Counted from the first letter of the stretch, positions 9,941 to 21,423 are shown. The stretch: DNA of 64,000 nucleotides from Bdellovibrionales bacterium (GCA_965199825.1 OZ241329.1:256001-320000); one strand, 5' to 3'. A program made the numbers and translations. The notes: a model not told the origin generated them from the sequence alone.

Positions 9941-11105
9941 TTAGTTGTTGGCTTTCGTTAAGTCACCCGCTAAATATAATTCGCAAACCGACGACCGAAT
10001 CATTTCACTTAACCTACGCTCGACAATCTTGGGATCATATATTTTTATCGCTGTGGGTAACATCCTCGCGAGATTCAGTTTTAAATACTTGTCGAACTCT
10101 GCAACCGCCATCGAAAATTGAGCGATGTTTTCAGCCTCTTCATAAACTTGCCCGCGCATTTTAATGGTTTTATAAACGGTCATTTGGGCCCGTACTCCAT
10201 GAGCGGTGAGATAAGCTTGATTCACCACAAACCGAAAATTAATACTTAAGTGATCCTTCAAACCCTTTTCGATCAACACCGATTGCCAAGAGATCTTAAG
10301 AGCGGCAACTTGATCAATTAAAATTTCTTTAAGTCGAGCATCGTAAGCCATAAATCTTTTTTGTAGGTCTAAAGAGATGCCGCTATCAGCAGGTAACTCA
10401 ATCTGCGCATTTATTTGTCCCGAGGACATCAACTGATACGCGTGGCTCAATGTTTTTTCTGCCAAGATTTCGGGAGTGGCCTGTTTTGCAAGCTGCAACA
10501 AAGGGATCATTTTGGCTTTGAGATTTTTTTCTTTTTCTTCAAGCTCCACAACTTGAGCCTGCAGAGCCTCAAGTTGTTTTTGAGCCTCAGCGATTTCTTG
10601 AGCTTGAAAACTTAAACTCTCAGGAATATCGATCCCGCGATCAATGGCCTCGGTTAAAATTTGCTCTAGGGTGAGGGTTGATTCTTTAACCCGTACCCGA
10701 AGCCGCTGAATCTTTTCTGGAAAATTTTTAAGATCCTCAGCAATTTCATTTCGTCGAATTGCAAAATCAAGATGCGGATAATGCAGATCCTCTAACGAAG
10801 GCCGAACGACCTTTATTAAAAATGAAATCTCGTTTGCGGTTAGTTTTGAAACTTCTAGACCGCGCATTTGTGTTTCTGCTTCGTTCAGAGCTTCGGTACA
10901 AAGTCTCAAGGTCAACCGAATCGCCTGATCCTCTGCGAGCCCTGTGCGGTCAGCATCAAGCGAGATCGCCTGAATCAATTTGGATTCCAAACGAACCGCA
11001 ATCTCAATCGCTTTGACTTCGTTCTCGGCAAGTAAAAAATCTTTTTCATTGCTTCGAGTTTGAGCAAAACTAAAGCATGACAAAAACAAAACAATTTTTA
11101 GCATA
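9941..11105 (-). CDS. Hypothetical secreted coiled-coil protein
   Basis: Likely start MLKIVLFLSCFSFA; heptad-rich middle; C-terminal SSVCELYL. Confidence 0.65.
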
Positions 11106-11236
11106 ACCGCGTTTATACCGTGACTTAGCCGCGAGATATAGAGCGTGAGCCCTTTTACAAAAACTGTCCAAAACGTTAACACTTTACAAACTAAAAATCG
11201 GCCCCATGTTTAACGGATTCAATCTAGGAGGATTCT

Positions 11237-13585
11237 TTGAGATATCTACCCGTATTGCCTGTGAAGGGTTTAGTGTTATTCCCCAATATGAGTATTCCAT
11301 TGCGCATTAAAAGGCCGATGAGTGTTGCTGCGGTTCAAAATGCGTACAATGCCGATCAAACAATTTTAGTAGTTGCCCAACGCGACGATGCCGAAAAACT
11401 TGACCAGAGCAATCTGTTTCAAACCGGTGTGCTCGCCAAAATAGAATCCCTAAAAGGAACTCCTGAAGAGGGATTTCAAATTCTGCTCAGGGGTTTAAGT
11501 CGATTTCAAATCGAAGAGTATCAGACTGATCAGTACATCAAAGCTATGGGTGTTGAAGCTCCCGATCGCGATGATTTGGATCCCCAAACCAAAAATGCCT
11601 TGATCACAACTCTAAAAACAATGGCCCAACAGACCTATGGATTAATTCCTGTGGACACGCGTCAATTGTCTGAGCTTGTTTCGGGAATCGATGATCTTTC
11701 AACACTTGTTGATGTGTGCGCGACCCAACTCGACTCCGATGTTTTACAAAAACAAAAATTGGTTGAGATGATTGATCTCAAAAATCGATCGCTTGAGCTT
11801 TTGACCATGATGCAAAAACAAAAAGAGCAGCTCGAAGTTCAAAGCGATATTCGTGAGCGCCTCAACACAAAGCTGGGGCAACAGCAGCGCGAGAATATTT
11901 TGCGCGAACAACTCAAAACCATTCGTGAAGAGTTGGGTGAGACCCAATCAAAGACCGACTTGCGTTCAAGTATCGAAAAAGCTCAGATGCCGTTGGATGT
12001 CCAAAAAATAGCACTGGATGAACTCACCCGCATGGAGAGTATGGGCCCCAGTTCGCCCGAGTCTCACATGATTCGCACCTACATCGAAACTTTGATTGCG
12101 ATGCCGTGGGCAATTTCATCGGGTTCTGATTTTGCCAATCTTGATATTGAGCATGCTAAACAGATTTTAAATAAAGATCATTATGGTTTAGACAAAATTA
12201 AAAAACGAGTCCTTCAGCATTTGGCGGTACTCAAACTTCGTCAATCCAACCGCGGTCAGATTTTATTATTGGTTGGTCCTCCAGGAGTGGGTAAAACCAG
12301 TCTCGGCAAAAGTATTGCCGATGCGATGAACCGCAAGTTCGTTCGTGGAAGTCTTGGTGGCGTGCGCGATGAATCTGAAATTCGTGGACACCGTCGCACT
12401 TACATTGGCGCCTTGCCGGGACGAATCCTTCAGGGATTAAAACGTGTGGGACAAAACGATGCGGTCTTTATGTTGGATGAAATCGACAAATTGGGTCGCG
12501 GATTCCAAGGTGATCCTGCGTCTGCTCTGCTGGAAGTTTTAGATCCAGAGCAAAACTCAAACTTTTTGGATCATTATTTGGATGTGCCCTTTGATTTGTC
12601 GAACGTGTTTTTTATTGCCACCGCAAATAGTCTCGACACCATTCCTGGGCCTTTGCTTGACCGAATGGAAGTGATCGAAGTCAACGGCTACACCACAGCC
12701 GAAAAACTTCACATCGCAAAAAACCATTTGTTTAAAAAACAAATCAAAGAGCATGGAATGTCTGAGTCACAACTTAGTATTTCAGACGAAGCATTGTTGC
12801 GGGTGATCTCCTCCTACACTCGCGAAGCGGGGGTCAGGGATCTCAATCGGCAACTTGCAACGATTTGCCGAGGCATGGCTGAGGCTGTGGTCACAAGCCA
12901 ACGGCCTGTGCATGTGGAAGTCCAAAATCTCTTGGAACTGCTTGGGGCCGAACGTTTCGCTCACGAGGTGGCCGAGCAAGTTTCGGCGCCTGGAGTTGCC
13001 ACCGGTTTGGCGTGGACACCGATGGGCGGAGAGATTTTGTTTATCGAAGCCAATAGCATGCCCGGAAAAGGCAATTTGATTATTACAGGTCAATTGGGTG
13101 AAGTGATGCGCGAATCGACACAGATTGCTTTAAGTCTTGTGCGGTCTCGACTTGCACATCTCATTCCCAACTTTGAGTATTCGACCAAAGATATTCATGT
13201 GCATGTGCCAGCTGGAGCAATTCCAAAAGATGGTCCCTCTGCTGGGGTCACCATGTTAACTGCGCTTGCTTCGCTTTTGACCGATCGAGGTGTCAAACCC
13301 AAACTCGCAATGACGGGTGAGCTGACGTTGCGGGGTGCGGTCACTCCGGTCGGGGGCATAAAAGAAAAGGTCATTGCGGCTCACCGTGCAGGTGTCGAAA
13401 CAATTATCTTGGCCGAGAAAAATCGCAAGGACCTCCTCGATATTCCAGAGGAGATCAGATCAAATTTAAAATTTCATTTTGTCAGCACCGCGAGTGAGGT
13501 TTTAAAAATTGCTCTTGATTTGGATTGTGTCTCGCTCAAGGTGGCTGCAACCCCGGCAGTTTCTACTCCGGCTGCGGCGTCTTAG
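11237..13585 (+). CDS. lon: ATP-dependent protease La
   Basis: LON N-domain, GPPGVGKTS Walker A, PKDGPSAG catalytic Ser motif. AGGAGG RBS before TTG. Confidence 0.97.
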   Translation: MRYLPVLPVKGLVLFPNMSIPLRIKRPMSVAAVQNAYNADQTILVVAQRDDAEKLDQSNLFQTGVLAKIESLKGTPEEGFQILLRGLSRFQIEEYQTDQYIKAMGVEAPDRDDLDPQTKNALITTLKTMAQQTYGLIPVDTRQLSELVSGIDDLSTLVDVCATQLDSDVLQKQKLVEMIDLKNRSLELLTMMQKQKEQLEVQSDIRERLNTKLGQQQRENILREQLKTIREELGETQSKTDLRSSIEKAQMPLDVQKIALDELTRMESMGPSSPESHMIRTYIETLIAMPWAISSGSDFANLDIEHAKQILNKDHYGLDKIKKRVLQHLAVLKLRQSNRGQILLLVGPPGVGKTSLGKSIADAMNRKFVRGSLGGVRDESEIRGHRRTYIGALPGRILQGLKRVGQNDAVFMLDEIDKLGRGFQGDPASALLEVLDPEQNSNFLDHYLDVPFDLSNVFFIATANSLDTIPGPLLDRMEVIEVNGYTTAEKLHIAKNHLFKKQIKEHGMSESQLSISDEALLRVISSYTREAGVRDLNRQLATICRGMAEAVVTSQRPVHVEVQNLLELLGAERFAHEVAEQVSAPGVATGLAWTPMGGEILFIEANSMPGKGNLIITGQLGEVMRESTQIALSLVRSRLAHLIPNFEYSTKDIHVHVPAGAIPKDGPSAGVTMLTALASLLTDRGVKPKLAMTGELTLRGAVTPVGGIKEKVIAAHRAGVETIILAEKNRKDLLDIPEEIRSNLKFHFVSTASEVLKIALDLDCVSLKVAATPAVSTPAAAS

Positions 13586-15218
13586 GTCTTTGTTTAAATA
13601 AAATAATCTCACAGATATGATCTGGAGGTGTTGGGACTAAATGTTTCAACACCTCATGATTCTCGCTATGAGATATCCACCAAACTCCCAAAAGTTTTTT
13701 TAACCGTTCACCCCGCCGCGAGGGCGATTGATTTAATATAACAAAAAGCTCTCGAGTGTGAATGGGATCGTCCAAGTGTTTGATCAGTGAGTCTTGGACC
13801 TCAACGTTGGAATTCTTAAGATCAGCGGCAAGCAATATTCCCAAACTTTTATTTTGTCCCTGGAGCTGCACCAGTTTTAAAACCATCGCTTCGCTTAAAG
13901 GCAAAGATTGATCACTCGCACGAAGGTACTCTGCCAAAATTTCACTCAAGCCCTTTGTGTGACTTCCTTTTAGAGAGTTGTCGGTAAGAAATGAAACCGC
14001 ATTCTCCTGAAGTTTTTGGGTAAATCGAGATTGCTGAAGAGCTGCCAAATAAACCTGACTTAAGAATGCAATTTGCGACAGCGTGCTGGGCTCAAAATTT
14101 TGCACCGTGGGCACATCGAGGATGGGCGTCTGACTTAATTCACGATTGATCTCTTCGGCTTTTCTGAGATCTGAATCATTGGTGTTTTGGTGATCATTCA
14201 AAAACTTAGCATAGTAATGGGGTGCAAAAATTAGCATCTCGGCTCGATGACGGTCACTCAAATGGCCTTTCAATGCACCGACCGGACTCATTTGCGAGCT
14301 ATTAATAATTTTAAGGTAAAATACTCGTTCGAGCTCATTCAGCACTCCTACAACAACGTCCTCAATACTGGATTGCAACTCAGGCCGATCTTCGATGATT
14401 TCCTTAATTAATTTTTCGCGCCCAGGAATTTTTGATTTCATGATCCTTGTTAGATTTGATGAGTTGCGCGGAGCTTCAGAAATAAAGCTCACCACATCAT
14501 CGATAAAATCTTGGACAATAATTGAGGTCTCAAATTTTGATCTCACCTGATTGATTGAATCAATATAGGGCCGTAGATCTGCGCCAAAATTTACGAATTG
14601 CTTCCAAAATTCTAAAATTCCCAGCCGCTCCTGCATCTCTTTATAAGAAAGGGGTGGCGTACTGATGTATTCTTTTATGACCTCTTGGACGTCAGTAGCG
14701 ATTGCTCTATGAATATGTCCAGGAGTCGTCCTCATTTCTTGCTCATTGGCCACAGCAAGATTTTTTGTACGCACCTTAGCTTCAATCTTTCGACTGAGTT
14801 CTTCAGGTAAATTGTAATTATAAAATTGAGTCGAATTAAAATATAAAATAAATGAAACAATCTCGGGCGTTTTCTTGGTTTGAAGCGCAAACGTTCTGGC
14901 TACCTCAAAATCTTGAGTCACCAATAAATAATTTTCGACGAGTGGCGCAAGGTCAGGATCGCTGAGAGTATCGTCCTGTCCAAAATGGCGATACACAGCA
15001 TGGACATATTGCCTCATGGCCTCATCTCTTTGAGCACCATTGCCCTGCATTTGATTGATCAACTGCCAAATAAAAGCGGTCTTTTTTTTATCATCTCGAC
15101 GCACCAAAACATGCGGCGCTTTTTCGACCCGCTTTTGATCAAGCGAATGGATCGAGGCTTGTGTAAATGAACCCACAACTATGCTGGCTATAAAAACGAG
15201 ATTTTTAAAATTTTTCAT
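13563..15218 (-). CDS. Hypothetical secreted helical protein
   Basis: 551 aa, signal peptide MKNFKNLVFIASIVVGSFTQA, C-terminal HICEIIL. Confidence 0.7.
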   Translation of the reverse strand: MKNFKNLVFIASIVVGSFTQASIHSLDQKRVEKAPHVLVRRDDKKKTAFIWQLINQMQGNGAQRDEAMRQYVHAVYRHFGQDDTLSDPDLAPLVENYLLVTQDFEVARTFALQTKKTPEIVSFILYFNSTQFYNYNLPEELSRKIEAKVRTKNLAVANEQEMRTTPGHIHRAIATDVQEVIKEYISTPPLSYKEMQERLGILEFWKQFVNFGADLRPYIDSINQVRSKFETSIIVQDFIDDVVSFISEAPRNSSNLTRIMKSKIPGREKLIKEIIEDRPELQSSIEDVVVGVLNELERVFYLKIINSSQMSPVGALKGHLSDRHRAEMLIFAPHYYAKFLNDHQNTNDSDLRKAEEINRELSQTPILDVPTVQNFEPSTLSQIAFLSQVYLAALQQSRFTQKLQENAVSFLTDNSLKGSHTKGLSEILAEYLRASDQSLPLSEAMVLKLVQLQGQNKSLGILLAADLKNSNVEVQDSLIKHLDDPIHTRELFVILNQSPSRRGERLKKLLGVWWISHSENHEVLKHLVPTPPDHICEIILFKQRPKTPQPE

Positions 15219-15263
15219 TTGAGTGGTGGCGAACTTAGCCCAACTTAAATTTTTAAGCGAACT

Positions 15264-15290
15264 AAAAAGCCGCTGATCTCAGCGGCTTTT
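15264..15290 (-). terminator. Intrinsic terminator, potentially bidirectional
   Basis: AAAAAGCCGCTGA-TC-TCAGCGGCTTTT perfect hairpin with T-tracts, downstream of the YccA-family gene. Confidence 0.85.
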
Positions 15291-15323
15291 CAATAATACA
15301 ATTCTGTTTATTTTAACAGTTCT

Positions 15324-16058
15324 CTAACGTTTTGAAAGTTTGCTCAAAAGCCGGAGCATTTCTAAATAAACCCAAACAATTGTGATCATCAGTGCAAATC
15401 CACAATACCATTCCATATATTTTGGGGCTTTCATTTTCGAAGCACTTTCGATCATACCAAAATCCATAATAAGATTAAGCGATGCCACACCAACCACAAC
15501 TAATGAAAACACAATCCCTACTGGACTACCCTCATGAATAAAGGCCATAGGATGACCAAACATCATCATGACCAGATCCACAACATAGCAAAGTCCAACA
15601 GCCATAGTTGCACCCACAATAGTGGAACGAAAACGATCGGTAGGTTGCAAGATCCTTAAACGATAAAGACCGAGCATGAGTCCCAAACAGCCAATGGTCA
15701 AAACCATCGCATTGAACACAACTCCAGGCATGCGGTAATCATACATCGCAGAAATAAATCCGAGAGCCAAACCCTCTGCCACAGCATAGGCAGGCGCAAG
15801 AAGTGCCGCCTTTTCTTTATTGAAGGCTAAAATAAGGGCAAGGATCAGTCCGCCAATAACACCACCCATTCCGAGTGCTTGACCCGTCGGCGTCTCGGAC
15901 ATGCTCCAACTCAGTGATGCAGCAGCAGCAAGAATCACAAATAATAAACCTGTTTTATTTATTGTACCAGTCACTGTCATTGCCATCGTATCGGCGGTTT
16001 CGCCAAACATAATTTGTTTAATCGTTTTTTGATTTAATACCGGATTATTTGATTCCAA
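15324..16058 (-). CDS. Bax inhibitor-1/YccA family membrane protein
   Basis: SNNPVL, MTVTGTINKT, APKYMEWY, LEMLRLLS motifs. GGAGG precedes the TTG at 16058. Confidence 0.9.
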   Translation of the reverse strand: MESNNPVLNQKTIKQIMFGETADTMAMTVTGTINKTGLLFVILAAAASLSWSMSETPTGQALGMGGVIGGLILALILAFNKEKAALLAPAYAVAEGLALGFISAMYDYRMPGVVFNAMVLTIGCLGLMLGLYRLRILQPTDRFRSTIVGATMAVGLCYVVDLVMMMFGHPMAFIHEGSPVGIVFSLVVVGVASLNLIMDFGMIESASKMKAPKYMEWYCGFALMITIVWVYLEMLRLLSKLSKR

Positions 16059-16115
16059 ATTGACCTCCAAGTTGAGATGATTCTAGCCCACAATTTTTTA
16101 ATATTCAGTTAATTT

Positions 16116-17231
16116 TTACTTATACAGAGGCAGCTCAGCGAGCTTAGCCAACTCAGGTCCAACATAAACATTTTGGGCCGAAACCTTACCCTCTAGCTTT
16201 TGGCTTTCGGTAGATAATTCAGAAGTCTCGGTCCTTTTGTTTCTTCTTTCGATGGGTGGGTTCAGTTTTGACGATCGCTCGACAAGCTGAGATTTTTCAA
16301 GAATTTCGCTTGGAAGATTTTCGGCTTCACTCAAAACCGCAATAAATTCATTAGCCATATAGTAATCAATTTGCACTCGCCGCTTTAAAGCATGTGACAT
16401 TTTACCAATCACAGTAACGATGCGGTCGCGGTCTTCGGGGTTTAAGCTTTCGGCAAATTCATAATCTTGGATTTTTTGCAAATGGAGCAACAACGGTCCG
16501 AGCCCCTCCGGAGTGATCACGTGAACCCGATAAGATCCCATATTCAAAAGAGTGTCGCCGATCACACCAATGGCAGAATTAGGAACCACAAAGTAAAGAT
16601 CTTTTTTGACCTCTTCGCTCTTTAAATACTTTTTTGCCGCCTCCGCCTGGGTGCGAATGTAGCTCGAAAAATTTGAAAGATCGGTTCCTTGGGGGGATTT
16701 AGAATCTAGCACGACATACTCGTCAGAGATTTTAATCACATTGTCGGGCTTACCTGAAAAAGGAAACTTTTCCTTTGTCACATAGTCCATCTGAAATTGT
16801 CGGCAGACCGCTTGGATTTTGGTTTCGACCTCTTGCTCGTGACGAAGCCAAGTGTCTTTCAAAAGTTTATGTTTTAATTCCTCAGACTCAGATTTGAGTT
16901 TTGCTTCATGCTCACGCTGTCGTTGCAAATTTTCATAAGCAATCGTTAATCGCTCAACCTGAAGGCTGACCTGCTTTTGTCTAAAAGGTTCTTGTTCTTT
17001 TAATGTTGCAAACTCAACTCTCGACTGCTCAACATTTTGCCTTTGCTCCTGAATTGAAGCCTTAAGTTCGCGGTTTTGAACTTCTAAATTTTCGATGGCA
17101 AACGCGGATCGTGCCCGCTCCTCGCGAAGTTGAACCACAATTGCGGTCAGCTCCTTTTTTTGGCGAAAAGCAAAAACCAAGGCTAGGCCCGCGCCAACAA
17201 CAATCCCGCAAAAAACGTATAGTGCTTCCAT
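16116..17231 (-). CDS. RmuC-like protein (TM anchor, coiled coil, PD-(D/E)xK nuclease-like domain)
   Basis: N-terminal TM, coiled coil, KPDNVIKI...VLDSKSP. Confidence 0.65.
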   Translation of the reverse strand: MEALYVFCGIVVGAGLALVFAFRQKKELTAIVVQLREERARSAFAIENLEVQNRELKASIQEQRQNVEQSRVEFATLKEQEPFRQKQVSLQVERLTIAYENLQRQREHEAKLKSESEELKHKLLKDTWLRHEQEVETKIQAVCRQFQMDYVTKEKFPFSGKPDNVIKISDEYVVLDSKSPQGTDLSNFSSYIRTQAEAAKKYLKSEEVKKDLYFVVPNSAIGVIGDTLLNMGSYRVHVITPEGLGPLLLHLQKIQDYEFAESLNPEDRDRIVTVIGKMSHALKRRVQIDYYMANEFIAVLSEAENLPSEILEKSQLVERSSKLNPPIERRNKRTETSELSTESQKLEGKVSAQNVYVGPELAKLAELPLYK

Positions 17232-17307
17232 AGATTTGGTGATACCACTCAAATTAAGATGAGTCTAGTGCCATGAGCACTTAAAACATTAATTTTATCA
17301 GGTTTAT

Positions 17308-17667
17308 ATGGGTAAAAAAGCTCAAAAAAATACAATTGATGGTTTTAGTCTTGCTGAAAGAGTGCGCTATTTTCGCCAACGGCGAAATCTTTCGCAGACC
17401 GATTTGGCTCGCACCTCCAAAGTGTCTCAATCCACTATTGCCCAAATTGAGTCAGGCCGAAAAGATCCTTCGATGACCACTCTAAAAAAATTGTGTCACT
17501 CTCTCGAGGTTGAACTTGCGGTTTTATTTTCGGGCGATCAAGTTCATGTGTTTGATATGATTCGGCTTCGCAAGCGCTACAAATCGGCTCATGATTTGAG
17601 TCCCACTTTGTACAAAGCTTTGGGCGAAGTGATCCGCTTTGCGCGCACGATTGACTTTATTGATTAG
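17308..17667 (+). CDS. XRE/Cro family HTH regulator
   Basis: RQRRNLSQTDLA...QSTIAQIESGRKDPS. Confidence 0.9.
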   Translation: MGKKAQKNTIDGFSLAERVRYFRQRRNLSQTDLARTSKVSQSTIAQIESGRKDPSMTTLKKLCHSLEVELAVLFSGDQVHVFDMIRLRKRYKSAHDLSPTLYKALGEVIRFARTIDFID

Positions 17668-17686
17668 CGCCCGATACACAGAATAA

Positions 17687-19141
17687 ATGTCATCAGACCA
17701 AACCGAAAAGCCTCATCTCGATCGGGCACTTGGACTTTATTCGACCACAGCGCTTGTGATTGGTTCGGTCATTGGCTCAGGAATTTTTGTTTCTTCCGCA
17801 GGTATGGCTCGCGGCTTACCTAGCGGATGGATTTTGATTTCGGTTTGGGCTTTTGCTGGAGTGATGACGGCTCTTGGTGCTCTTACCCAAGCCGAACTTT
17901 GTAGCCGCATGCCCTTAACCGGCGGCTTGTATTTGTACTTTCGCGAAATCTTTGGTGACGCTTTGGCCTTCTTTTATGGCTGGGCCAATTTTATGATTGC
18001 AGGCTCGGGTGCGATTGCGGCGATCTCATTTATTTTTGCCGGCTACCTTGGCGAATTTATTCCGCTCTGGCACGCCCCTTCCGAATGGCAGACCTGGGCG
18101 ATCCATATTCCCTACGTGGGATCTTTATTTCCAGCGGCAGACCTTGGCGAAAAAATCATCGGATCTCTTTTGATTTTATTTTTGACCGCGCTCAATGTTC
18201 AGGGCGTAAAACTTGGAGCTCTGGTCCAGAGTGTATCGTCCACCGCAAAAATTTTGGCGATAGCGGTAGTTGTTGTTGCCGCTTTTATTTTTCATGGCAG
18301 TTGGTCTCATCTTGCTCAAACTCCTTCAACCAGCATCTCCTCGATCAGCCTTCTGACATTGTGTTTTACCGCAATGGGTGGAGCATTTTGGGCTTATGAT
18401 GGTTGGGGCAACGTTGCTTTTATTGGCGGCGAAATTCGCAATGCCCAAAAAACTCTTCCGCGTGCCATCGTGATGGGCGTGGGTATTGTGATGAGCACCT
18501 ACCTCGCGGTCAATTTGGCATATCTTTATGTTTTGCCTTTGGCCAATATCGCCAATGCGCCCGGCGACCGCGTTGCCTCCCTCCTGATGAATACGGTGTT
18601 AGGAAGTTACGGCACACTGATTGTTGCCTTATTGATTTTGCTTGCGACCTTTGACACCGTCAACTCAACCATTCTCACAAATGCTCGAGTTTATTTTGCA
18701 ATGGCGAACGAAGGTTTGTTTTTTAAAGCGGCGGGCCAGATTTCTCCAAAACATCACACACCGGCATTCTCATTGTGGATGCAATGTGCTTGGTCCATCG
18801 TGCTGCTAGTGAGTGGATCTTTTGACCTTGTCACAAGCATGTACGTGTTTATCAATTGGTTATTTTATTTTTTAATTCCTGTAGCTCTTTTTATTTGGCG
18901 CAAACGTCCCTTAGGGCGATTCGATGCGACCTTTAAGGTTCCATTTTATCCTTGGCTGCCCCTTATTTTTGCCATCTTTACTTTTGCTTATGTGGTGCAA
19001 ACGTTTGTGGGTGACGTGCAAGCTTATCAAGCGGGCGAACAACCCACCGTAAAAAGTCTGATGGGCCTTATTTTGGTTTTACTTGGCACACCTGTTTTGC
19101 TCTATCTTAGACGCCAAAAATTTTGCTCAAATAAACAATAA
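17687..19141 (+). CDS. APC family amino acid permease
   Basis: IGSVIGSGIF, AELCSRMP..GG, WAYDGW; about 12 TMs. Confidence 0.93.
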   Translation: MSSDQTEKPHLDRALGLYSTTALVIGSVIGSGIFVSSAGMARGLPSGWILISVWAFAGVMTALGALTQAELCSRMPLTGGLYLYFREIFGDALAFFYGWANFMIAGSGAIAAISFIFAGYLGEFIPLWHAPSEWQTWAIHIPYVGSLFPAADLGEKIIGSLLILFLTALNVQGVKLGALVQSVSSTAKILAIAVVVVAAFIFHGSWSHLAQTPSTSISSISLLTLCFTAMGGAFWAYDGWGNVAFIGGEIRNAQKTLPRAIVMGVGIVMSTYLAVNLAYLYVLPLANIANAPGDRVASLLMNTVLGSYGTLIVALLILLATFDTVNSTILTNARVYFAMANEGLFFKAAGQISPKHHTPAFSLWMQCAWSIVLLVSGSFDLVTSMYVFINWLFYFLIPVALFIWRKRPLGRFDATFKVPFYPWLPLIFAIFTFAYVVQTFVGDVQAYQAGEQPTVKSLMGLILVLLGTPVLLYLRRQKFCSNKQ

Positions 19142-19313
19142 TTATTTAAATAATGATTTACGATTCTGCGCGTTGATTTTTGCGAGATGTGGCGAATACT
19201 CACTCGAGGGGAAATTTTGAACTCGATTTTCAATCCTAATAGGGTTTGTGACCTGTTCAGATGGGTCTAGCGCTTGCAGCTTTATGTGTTCTAACCTAAC
19301 TAGGAGATTATAA

Positions 19314-19496
19314 ATGGATAACAAAAATTCTAATGACAAATCGTTACGCGACAAAGTTGGCGGAGCAGTAGAAAAACTCGGCCATAAAATCGCCGATGCT
19401 GGTGCCGAAAAACTAGGCCAAAAAATTCATGATTTGGGCGACAAGATCGAAGACCATCATAAAAACCCCGCTCATCCTCACACAATTAAAAAGTAA
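19314..19496 (+). CDS. Small hydrophilic stress protein, CsbD-like
   Basis: AGGAG RBS; internal repeat EKLGHKI/EKLGQKI. Confidence 0.6.
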   Translation: MDNKNSNDKSLRDKVGGAVEKLGHKIADAGAEKLGQKIHDLGDKIEDHHKNPAHPHTIKK

Positions 19497-19509
19497 TTGT
19501 TCGAGTTTT

Positions 19510-19547
19510 TAGGGTCCGCAGGCTATGTTTGCGGACCTTATGTCTTT
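19510..19547 (+). terminator. Terminator-like hairpin overlapping the next gene start
   Basis: TAGGGTCCGCAGGC-TAT-GTTTGCGGACCTTA followed by TGTCTTT. Confidence 0.55.
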
Positions 19548-20370
19548 AAGTACCGGATTTCATTTCGACCATCGGCAGTTTCGCTTTTCTGGCTATTCAA
19601 TTGCCGGCACCTCCACCAGTCTCGTTTTTAAAAATGCTAAATTTTGCTTCGATGTGGGTCAGGGGCTTCCATTTCAATTATTGGCCGAGCATTTTTTTAT
19701 TTCGCACGGACATCTTGATCATGCCGCTGGCATTCCGTGGGTCGTCTCTCAACGGAGTATGCGGGGGCTCACTTCCAATTTTTATGTTCCAAAAAGTTTG
19801 GTCGTTCCCTTAACAAAAATTATGGAGACATGGGAAGAGGTCGAGCAGTACAAATTCAATTATCATTTGCAAGCTCTTGAAGCGCCGATCGAAATTGATT
19901 CTTTTTTGATTAAACCCTTTAAAACATTTCATCGCATCGATTCTCAGGGGTATCTGGTTTATGAAAATAAAAAACGGCTAAAATCTGAATATCAAAATTT
20001 TAGCCAAAACCAAATTCGTGAGATCTATAAAAGTGGCCAGAGCCCAAGCGAGCATTTTTTTTCGCCGGTATTTGGATTTACAGGTGACACCCAAATCGAA
20101 TTTCTAAAGAGCGATCCAGATCTTGCGAATGCAAAAATTCTTTTTGTCGAAGCCACATTTTGGGATGATAAAAAAACAATCGAACATGCCCGTCAGTGGG
20201 GACATCTTCATGTGGATGAGATTATTCAATCGCTGGATCGATTGCATAATGAAAAGATCGTGCTGATCCACACCTCGGCCAGATACTCAAAAAAAGATCT
20301 TGATCAATTTCTGGAACAAAAATTAAGTCCACAACTGCAAGACCGGGTTTTGCTCTTTCCTCGGGATTAA
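19540..20370 (+). CDS. Metallo-beta-lactamase fold hydrolase, RNase Z (TM-type)-like
   Basis: HGHLDH, FTGDT, EATF, HLH, IHTSARY. Confidence 0.82.
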   Translation: MSLSTGFHFDHRQFRFSGYSIAGTSTSLVFKNAKFCFDVGQGLPFQLLAEHFFISHGHLDHAAGIPWVVSQRSMRGLTSNFYVPKSLVVPLTKIMETWEEVEQYKFNYHLQALEAPIEIDSFLIKPFKTFHRIDSQGYLVYENKKRLKSEYQNFSQNQIREIYKSGQSPSEHFFSPVFGFTGDTQIEFLKSDPDLANAKILFVEATFWDDKKTIEHARQWGHLHVDEIIQSLDRLHNEKIVLIHTSARYSKKDLDQFLEQKLSPQLQDRVLLFPRD

Positions 20371-20846
20371 GCTTTACGCAAAAACAAAGATAACCAAAAT
20401 TCTCCGATATCAGCATTACAGCTAAACAACAAAGCTTGTTTAGCCACCGACTGCTGATGCATCGCCAAGCCTTTCCCGGTAATGGTCGATGGGATAGCTA
20501 ATCCAAAATCAAAACCTTTTTCGTTGATTGGACGTCGGGCGGTGCCATAAATAATATTAAGAAGTTCGCTACAGGCATCGCAATTGTCGCCGTCGATTGC
20601 CGCCACTTTTTCGCCAAACAATTTTTCGAGCATCATCAAAAAAGATTTTTCGGGAAAGCTCAAGGCGAGGGATCCTACAAAATGGGTCGAGCTTAAAGAC
20701 AATGTGCTCAACACTTCACTTCTAGGCAAAGCTTTGGCATCGGTCATTTTGTATTGCACGTCCACGTCGATCTTGGCCTGAATATCAAAGGCTTTTTTGA
20801 TCGCATCCTTAAAGTAGCCGCAGAACACTTCTAAGCTATTCGTCAT
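20367..20846 (-). CDS. cheX: CheX-like chemotaxis phosphatase
   Basis: DACSELLNIIYG (ExxN motif) and LAIPSTITG. Confidence 0.8.
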   Translation of the reverse strand: MTNSLEVFCGYFKDAIKKAFDIQAKIDVDVQYKMTDAKALPRSEVLSTLSLSSTHFVGSLALSFPEKSFLMMLEKLFGEKVAAIDGDNCDACSELLNIIYGTARRPINEKGFDFGLAIPSTITGKGLAMHQQSVAKQALLFSCNADIGEFWLSLFLRKA

Positions 20847-20859
20847 CAATCCCCCTATT

Positions 20860-21423
20860 TTACTTATGTGCGGTAAAGACAAAGGCTGGAGGGATATTTC
20901 GCCATTCAACAGCCGAACGTTCAACCGATTTAAATTTTTTGTTGAGTTGATTCAAAAAATGCTGTGCTGCGGGCGACCACACAACCGTTAAGCAGACGTA
21001 AGTAATAAATCTTCCTCCTGGCTCTAAAGATTCATAAATAGCATCGAGTGTGGATTGCCGCAAAGATTCAGGAAATATAGACCAAGGCAAACTCGACACC
21101 ACATTGCTTACCGAATTTTTTTTGACATGATCTAATAGTTTGTCTGCACCGCACTGTTCAAAATGAAGTTTGGGATAGTGCTCACGCATAAAGCTCACCA
21201 TCTCAGGACTAATCTCAATGCCTAAATATTTTGATTCGATTCGTGGCGCTAAAAATTGGGTGATCGCTCCCGTTCCCACACCAACCTCGACAATCAGGTC
21301 ATCGAATTTTGGAATCTGTTTGAGCATCCTTTGAGCCAAAGCTTTTGAGGTGGGAAAGATAGTGGACACTTCCATTGGATTTTTGATTGCCGCTTTTAAA
21401 AACTCCGCAATGTCTTTTTTCAT
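20860..21423 (-). CDS. Class I SAM methyltransferase, phospholipid N-methyltransferase (PmtA)-like
   Basis: P..VSTIFPTS, VEVGVGTGAIT, VVSSLPW, WRNIPPA. Confidence 0.8.
   Translation of the reverse strand: MKKDIAEFLKAAIKNPMEVSTIFPTSKALAQRMLKQIPKFDDLIVEVGVGTGAITQFLAPRIESKYLGIEISPEMVSFMREHYPKLHFEQCGADKLLDHVKKNSVSNVVSSLPWSIFPESLRQSTLDAIYESLEPGGRFITYVCLTVVWSPAAQHFLNQLNKKFKSVERSAVEWRNIPPAFVFTAHK

Noticed and set aside
9608..9961. 117-aa plus-strand ORF
   Set aside because: No RBS or recognisable motif and atypical composition; probably intergenic DNA or gene debris.
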